Source of the DNA: Eledone cirrhosa
Taxonomy: Eukaryota
Reading direction: 5' to 3'
Length of the DNA stretch: 64,000 nt
NCBI GenBank assembly: GCA_964016885.1
Contig: OZ024741.1
Location: 202,554,001-202,618,000, forward strand
In this document: piece by piece, positions 57,112 through 64,000 of the stretch
How positions within the stretch are numbered: position 1 is the stretch's first letter
Layout of the letters: each line of letters starts with the position of its first letter
Translations under genes and position numbers: made by a program
The notes under the pieces: generated by a model
The model's database searches: none
What the model was told of the DNA's origin: nothing
The model's input: only the letters and a program-made list of their open reading frames with translations

Positions 57112-59852
57112 GGTTGTCTGTCGGAAAGGTGCGAAACGTGTCCTCCGCTGTTCGTTGTTTTGAATATCTGAGGTATTTAAACGGCTCAAGCGGAAATATG
57201 AGTGGATCTTGTCTAAACTCCACAACGAGAACACCGACACTAACAAACAGACAGACCAGAACCACGTGGAAAACAACAACGTAGCAACCGCCGCCGCCGC
57301 ATCCACCAACACCGAGCCACACCTCAACGATGCGACGCACCTGGTCACCGACCTAACCGGCACTCTCACGAACGACGAGCTGAAGCTCCTACGCCTCGGA
57401 CCCAAGTTCATCGTCTCACAACGACTCGACGACAGACTCAAACTCGACATCGAAGCCAACTTCTGTCGAGCCGCCTACCAACTTAAATGGGTGACCGCCA
57501 TCAACAGCGCCACGGAAAATAACAGCACCCACGCAACTCACCCCAAGTTCCCCACTTACCACCCCAACAACCCACTCCACCTCCCACCCACCAGCCACGA
57601 ACTCGACACTAAACTCATCAGGTTAAAACACTCCATCTCGGATATTCTACACAAACACACATACGCACAACACACAACCTCACCGAATCTCAACTCACCA
57701 CTCTCTCTAACCTGAAATCGAAGAACCTCATCTACCTTCCCTCCGACAAGGGAAAAGAATTCTGCGTCATCAGCAGAGAGGCCTACAACACCCTGGCCCT
57801 CCAACACCTTGACGATGACAACTTCTACTCCAAGGTCACGGGAATCACTCCCGTGCAGATAGAGGAGCACAGCAACGCCTCCTGGACCAACATCTGCGAC
57901 CGGCGGAAGCTCCCGAAGAGGCTGAGATACAACCTCCTCACGAGCAACAGCAGACTACCCGCCTTCTACCACCTCGTGAAAACACACAAACAGGGACCCG
58001 ACCTGAAGATCAGGCCCATTGTATCGAGAGTGGAAGGACCACTCTACAAAATTTCATGGCTCCTAGCCAGAATACTCAAACCCATCTTAGACACCTTGCC
58101 GGGACACGTAAACAGCTCCGAGGAGGTATTGGAACGCCTGTATCAAATGGATCCCGACACCAGAAAGGCTAACAGATATGCCTTCAGCCTTGATGTAGTC
58201 GCTCTCTACACCTCGGTCCCGGCACTCCCGGCCGTCAATATACTGATGGAACGCGTCCAATCCACCGACCTACACTGCTTCCGGCTCACCACCACTGACA
58301 TCCACCAACTCCTATCCATCGTCGTTGACAACACATACTTCGGATTCCTTGACCAAACATACCAACAAACCTCGGGACTGCCCATGGGCTCAAGCCTGTC
58401 GGGTGTGCTAGCGATCTCTTACATGGACAGCCTCGAGCGCAAGGCTCTCAACGCCTGCCACCCCAACGCCATCGCCTTTTTTTCAAGGTACGTGGACGAT
58501 ATCCTCATCCTCACATCTTCCCAAGACATGGCGAACAGAATCTATGAGACGTTCAACAACACGGACGAGAACATTGATTTCAGTGTTGAACACCCCAGCG
58601 ACGACGGGTCACTTGCCCTCCTCGACTTCCGAATCAACATCACGGAACAGGGAGTGATCCACTGCAACTTCTACCGAAAGGAAGCCTGCAGGGACCTGTT
58701 CGTCCACTACAAGTCTCCCCTCCCTACCAGTGCTAAAAGAGGATACATCACGAACGAGATCACGCGAATTAAAAACAGATGCAGCGATCCCGCGAGTGGT
58801 GTCACCCATACCAAGCGATTCCTCAAAGTGCTGGAGACAAACGGGTACTCTGCCTCACTCACAAACAGAATAAGAGACACCAAACGCAAGAGGCAGAGAA
58901 ACGCCCAAGGCAAGTGCTTCCTTAAAATACCACACCTGGGCGAGAATACCACCAACGCTATCCGCAAGGCTATACGGAGGGAGAGACTCGACATCCACCT
59001 GGCCCACTCGGGCCCCTCCCTGCGAAGATGCCTCTCCAGGAAACCCGGGAAATTGACTGACGCGTGCTCCCTCAGAAACTGCCCGATGCGCCATACGAAC
59101 TGTTGCCTACGCACATACGTCGTGTATAAGATAGAATGTAACAAGTGCAACCACTACTATATAGGTAGCACAATCCGACCGCTACACATCCGGATCAAGG
59201 AGCACATTAACACAAGGGCCTCGTCTTTCCGGAAACATAACCAAATGCGGAAACAAAGACGGAAGGGCCTTGTCACAATTCTAGCGACGGAAAGAAATGT
59301 CGGCACATTACGAATCAAGGAAGCACTTTGGATCAAACGCCTAGGGCCACAAATAAATAACCGATCCGAGAGAAGCGAAATGAGGTGGTTGGTTTAAATA
59401 AACAAACGATGCAACAACACACACACGCACACACACACACACAAGCGAGACAACAACACACACACACACAGCAGCATTCCACCATACGAACATACTACAC
59501 TGCTAATACAGACGAACGAGGCAAGAACACACGCACACACACACACACACAACACAAGCGAGACAACAACACATGCACACACATACACACAGTAACATGC
59601 ACCAAACAGGCAGAGTATACTATCACCACCACACACTATTCAACACTGCTAATACAGAAACCAGCACGGGCAGATAATACAATGGATTGGCAGCTAACGC
59701 CACCCCACTCCCACAATTAAAATAACTATTTCGGCCGCCGACCTATACTTGACCGACCCCATTTCACGCGCACACGCGCTCTGCTGAATACCTCAGATAT
59801 TAAAAACAACAAACAGCGGAGGACACGTTTCGCACCTTTCCGACAGACAACC
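57112..59852 (+). mobile_element. Penelope-like element, 5'-truncated, with an inverted copy of its 3' terminus at the 5' end
   Basis: ~68-bp inverted repeat 57112-57179 / 59785-59852; the 3' end runs into poly(C). Confidence 0.88.
57179..59397 (+). pseudogene. PLE RT + C-terminal GIY-YIG endonuclease, one frameshift near 57655
   Basis: LRLGPKF; HNLT...PSDKG; LVKTHK..RPIVS; SLDVVALYT; GLPMGS; RYVDD; LLDF; VVYKIEC..C..YYIGST..L..RIKEH; IKEALWIKRLGPQIN. Confidence 0.92.
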
Positions 59853-60098
59853 CCCCCCCCCCCCCCCGGAAAAAACCCCAGTTGATGGATGTGAATCCGA
59901 AATATATAGGGAGAATTAAATCTCTCCCAAGGTAGCTCTATCACGTGTTATTATTTTAATTTTTTTTACGCTCTTTCCTACGTTCTTCTACACACTATAC
60001 ATCTCAGTCTACATTCACTTACATCTCTCTCTTCACTACCGGATCTTGTTACCCGGAGAATTACCCATCTGCATTGTTGAGTCTTCCAAAACGACCTA

Positions 60099-60148
<50 letters not shown>

Positions 60149-60249
60149 AAATAGTAGAAAGGAAAAAGATTTTTTCAGGAGAAAATGCTGAAGAGATTCT
60201 TTCAGTGTAATATCAAAACACAAACACATGCATAATATAGTTAAGTTGC

Positions 60250-60537
60250 AATTGTTTCTACCTTTGGCACAAGGCCAGCAATCACCCAGTGCATTACTGG
60301 TACTTTATTTTATCGACCCCGTAAGGATGAAAGGCAAAGTTAAATAATAATTGTTTCTACTTTTGGTACATGGCCAGCAAATACCCAGTGTATTACTGGT
60401 ACTTTATTTTATCGACCCCCGTAAGGATGAAAGGCAAAGTTAACCTCGGCGGGATTTGAACTCAGAATGGCAAGGGCCGTAACTCTATGCGTCAAAGCAT
60501 GGCGTCCGACCCTCTACCGATACTGCCAATCCACCGC
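60250..60537 (-). mobile_element. tRNA-derived SINE (full copy plus duplicated 3' part)
   Basis: Reverse complement of the 27485/46693 family; another partial copy at 61167-61288 (+). Confidence 0.82.
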
Positions 60538-60702
60538 AAAGTTAAATAATAATAATAATAAAAAGAGGAAGAAAAATTATTAATTTTTACATACATAACT
60601 CTGTCCGTGTTTCTCCTTCTTTCTCTGAGAAATATATATGTCCCAAGGCTCTGATACCATCAGCACTATAAACACAGAGCTGGCATATCTAAGAACTGGC
60701 TA

Positions 60703-60758
60703 ACTGCCTGATGAGGTCATAGCCATTCAATGGCTATCATCGAAATATATATAGCAGT
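60703..60758 (+). ncRNA. Type I hammerhead ribozyme
   Basis: actgc CTGATGA ggt-c-atagcca ttcaa tggctat-c-atc GAAA tatata TA gcagt, then AATAAA. Confidence 0.87.
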
Positions 60759-60974
60759 AAATAAAGGATTATGAATTCATGCAATTGACTTATGTTTCGT
60801 CACTATTATAACTCCGGAACTTATATCTTCGTTGAGTGCTGCCTATCCGCATACTGAAGTACTGGATTTTACCAACACTTACTTTCTTGCTTATATACTA
60901 TATTAAAATAACAGTCTTCAAATTTATTATTATTATTACTATATATATATATATTTATTAAAATAACAGATTAA

Positions 60975-61025
60975 AGTTTAAGCAAAGAATCTCTGCTTTC
61001 ACCCTTAACGGGATCTTCTGAAACT
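60975..61025 (-). ncRNA. Hammerhead-like motif with CAGAAGA core
   Basis: agttt CAGAAGA t-ccc-gttaa-ggg-t GAAA gcagag-att-ctttgc TT aaact. Confidence 0.6.
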
Positions 61026-61901
61026 AACCAAGTCAATCTGTGAACGCAGAAGTAAATATTTCAAAAAACGTTGCAACCGGAGTAAGACAGGAAGACGATA
61101 CTTTGGTTCGTGGAAACGTTCCCTGGCAAAGAACGGGAAAAAACGAATATAATACCTCATTATTTGGATCTGAGTTCAAATCCCGCCGAGGTTGACTTTG
61201 CCTTTCATCCTTACGGGGTCGATAAAATAAAGTACCAGTAATGCACCGGGTAATTGCTGGCCTTGTGCCTAAAGTAGAAACAATTATTTGGAGCGGTGAA
61301 AAACAATTACACGCAAAGACAGAACCACGTTTATGGTATAAAAGAAGTCGTAGACTAATATTCTATTAGGTGGTTCATAGAGACGTTCTCTGGCAATTCT
61401 GAACGGAAAAACGAAGATAATACGTCATATGTGGAGCGGGGAGAACAATTGCACGCAAAGACAAAACCACGTAAAAGGTATAACTGAAGTCGTAGACTAA
61501 AATTTTAACTAGGAAACCGAATGATTCTCGGCTTCAGAGTTAAGAATAAAGTAAATAAAATACAGAGGTAATTGAAATCAAATAAATACATATACGCATC
61601 CATATACGTACATACACAAGCATACGCGAAAACACTCGCCATAGGTATACAAATACATGCGCATACACAAAAAAAAAAAAAAAAAAATTGCACATTCTAT
61701 TTATGAATGAAATAATATTTCCGAATGTCAATTGACGGTTTTAAAACTCATTTCTCCACACATGGAACCCACGCACACATATTCATATAACTGTTATATA
61801 GGCGCGCACACACACACACATACACATACACACACATACGCACATACACACACACACAAGCCCTAACTGACACACACGTACATGCACGGCATTATTATTC
61901 T

Positions 61902-62252
61902 CAGCATAATACAGTATGTGACAAGGCTGGCTCTTGAATTACATGTACAGTTCATCTTGTATTACAGTGTGTATTCCTGGTAGTTCTCAGGGAGATTCAG
62001 CATAATCCAGTATGTGACAAGGCTGGCTCTTGAATTACAGGTACAGTTCATCTTGTATTACAGTGCGTATTCCTGGTAGTTCTCAGGGAGATTCAGCATA
62101 ATACAGTATGTGACAAGAGTGGTACCTTGAATTACAGGTACAGTTCATCTTGTATTATAGTGTGTATTCCTGGTAGTTCTCAGGGAGATTCAGCATAATA
62201 CAGTATGTGACAAGAGTGGTACCTTGAATTACAAGTACTGTTCATCTTGTAT
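61902..62252. repeat. Minisatellite, 96-97 bp unit, ~3.6 copies
   Basis: CAGCATAAT starts at 61902, 61998, 62094 and 62191. Confidence 0.9.
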
Positions 62253-62472
62253 TGGGTCATCAAGTATGAAATTTGTAGGAATTTGTTTTTTTCTACAAAT
62301 CTCATACTTGACAAGCCAATATTTTAGTACAAATGGTTGAATAATCGTCAGACACTGTACTCTTGCTATAGTTTTCGGGGAGATTCAGAGTGACACGGTG
62401 TGTGACAAAGTGGTCTTTGAATTATAAGTATAGTATACGTGACTAAAATGTAGTGCGGTAAGTAAATATATA

Positions 62473-63401
<929 letters not shown>

Positions 63402-63929
63402 TATACAAATGGAAGTACAGCATACTCGAAGCTCTGGCTTCAGCTAAGCTAACGAATGCAATCGGAATGTGCAGCTAAGCACTCAATAAGGTAGTTTACC
63501 TTAGAGTTATAACATTACGTTTAGACAGCTTTGCAAATTGAAGACAGCGACCGGTAAGCCTGCCGCAGGGACCAAAGCAACGAGAAAAGTGACTCAGGAA
63601 AATATGACAAACCTGGACCATCGCTTCGATATTATATAATATCTCCGCTAGGTTTCTGTAAATCCGAAAGCAACAAAATCCACTTGCGGGCATGCAAGTT
63701 ATTGGTTTTGGAAGATCGAACAGAGGATTCACGTTCTCAACAAGTTTCCGTTCTCAGTCACTCCGGTTGTGAATTTTAGCAGTAAACACCGCTGGCAGTC
63801 ACGTGGTTTTCCTAAACGGAGGTAACCCCCGGTTTTGGCGGTCAAAATTCAAAATTTGAACAAAGGAATAAATTCATTTCCACAAACCGGATAAAGCTCT
63901 CGACCAGACGTTATTAAACAAAAATAAAC

Positions 63930-63990
<61 letters not shown>

Positions 63991-64000
63991 GCCAATCATG

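Noticed and set aside
57853-59397. Selenocysteine recoding in PLE GIY-YIG domains
   Set aside because: No in-frame TGA at Cys positions here or in the 15850 fragment.

Overview
Repeat-saturated animal (eukaryotic) DNA with no recognisable host gene. The microsatellite load and SINE types suggest a cephalopod or other mollusc, which is inference only. (1) Bases 1-13.9 kb hold a head-to-tail array of three Tx1-clade non-LTR retrotransposons, two of them full length with intact 1139-aa APE-RT ORF2s. Every junction lies in an (ATT)n microsatellite, and an R4/Dong-like fragment sits in the same repeat in the opposite orientation. Both full copies share a +1 frameshift at a C8 run in ORF1. (2) Bases 14-64 kb hold decayed CR1, RTE, CRE-like, R4/Dong, Helitron, MITE and tRNA-SINE copies and three Penelope-like element (PLE) remnants, one nearly intact. 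(3) Not visible in the ORF track: about 20 full or partial type I hammerhead ribozyme motifs from several unrelated non-coding families. Many lie in or beside (TA)n tracts and are often folded back into palindromes of 60 bp to 2.1 kb. The best case is a 596-nt unit bounded by two direct-repeat hammerheads with a variant U3-A8 core, a retrozyme/circRNA-like design. All ribozyme calls come from reading motifs and base-pairing by eye; none has been tested for activity. Boundaries of degenerate elements are approximate.
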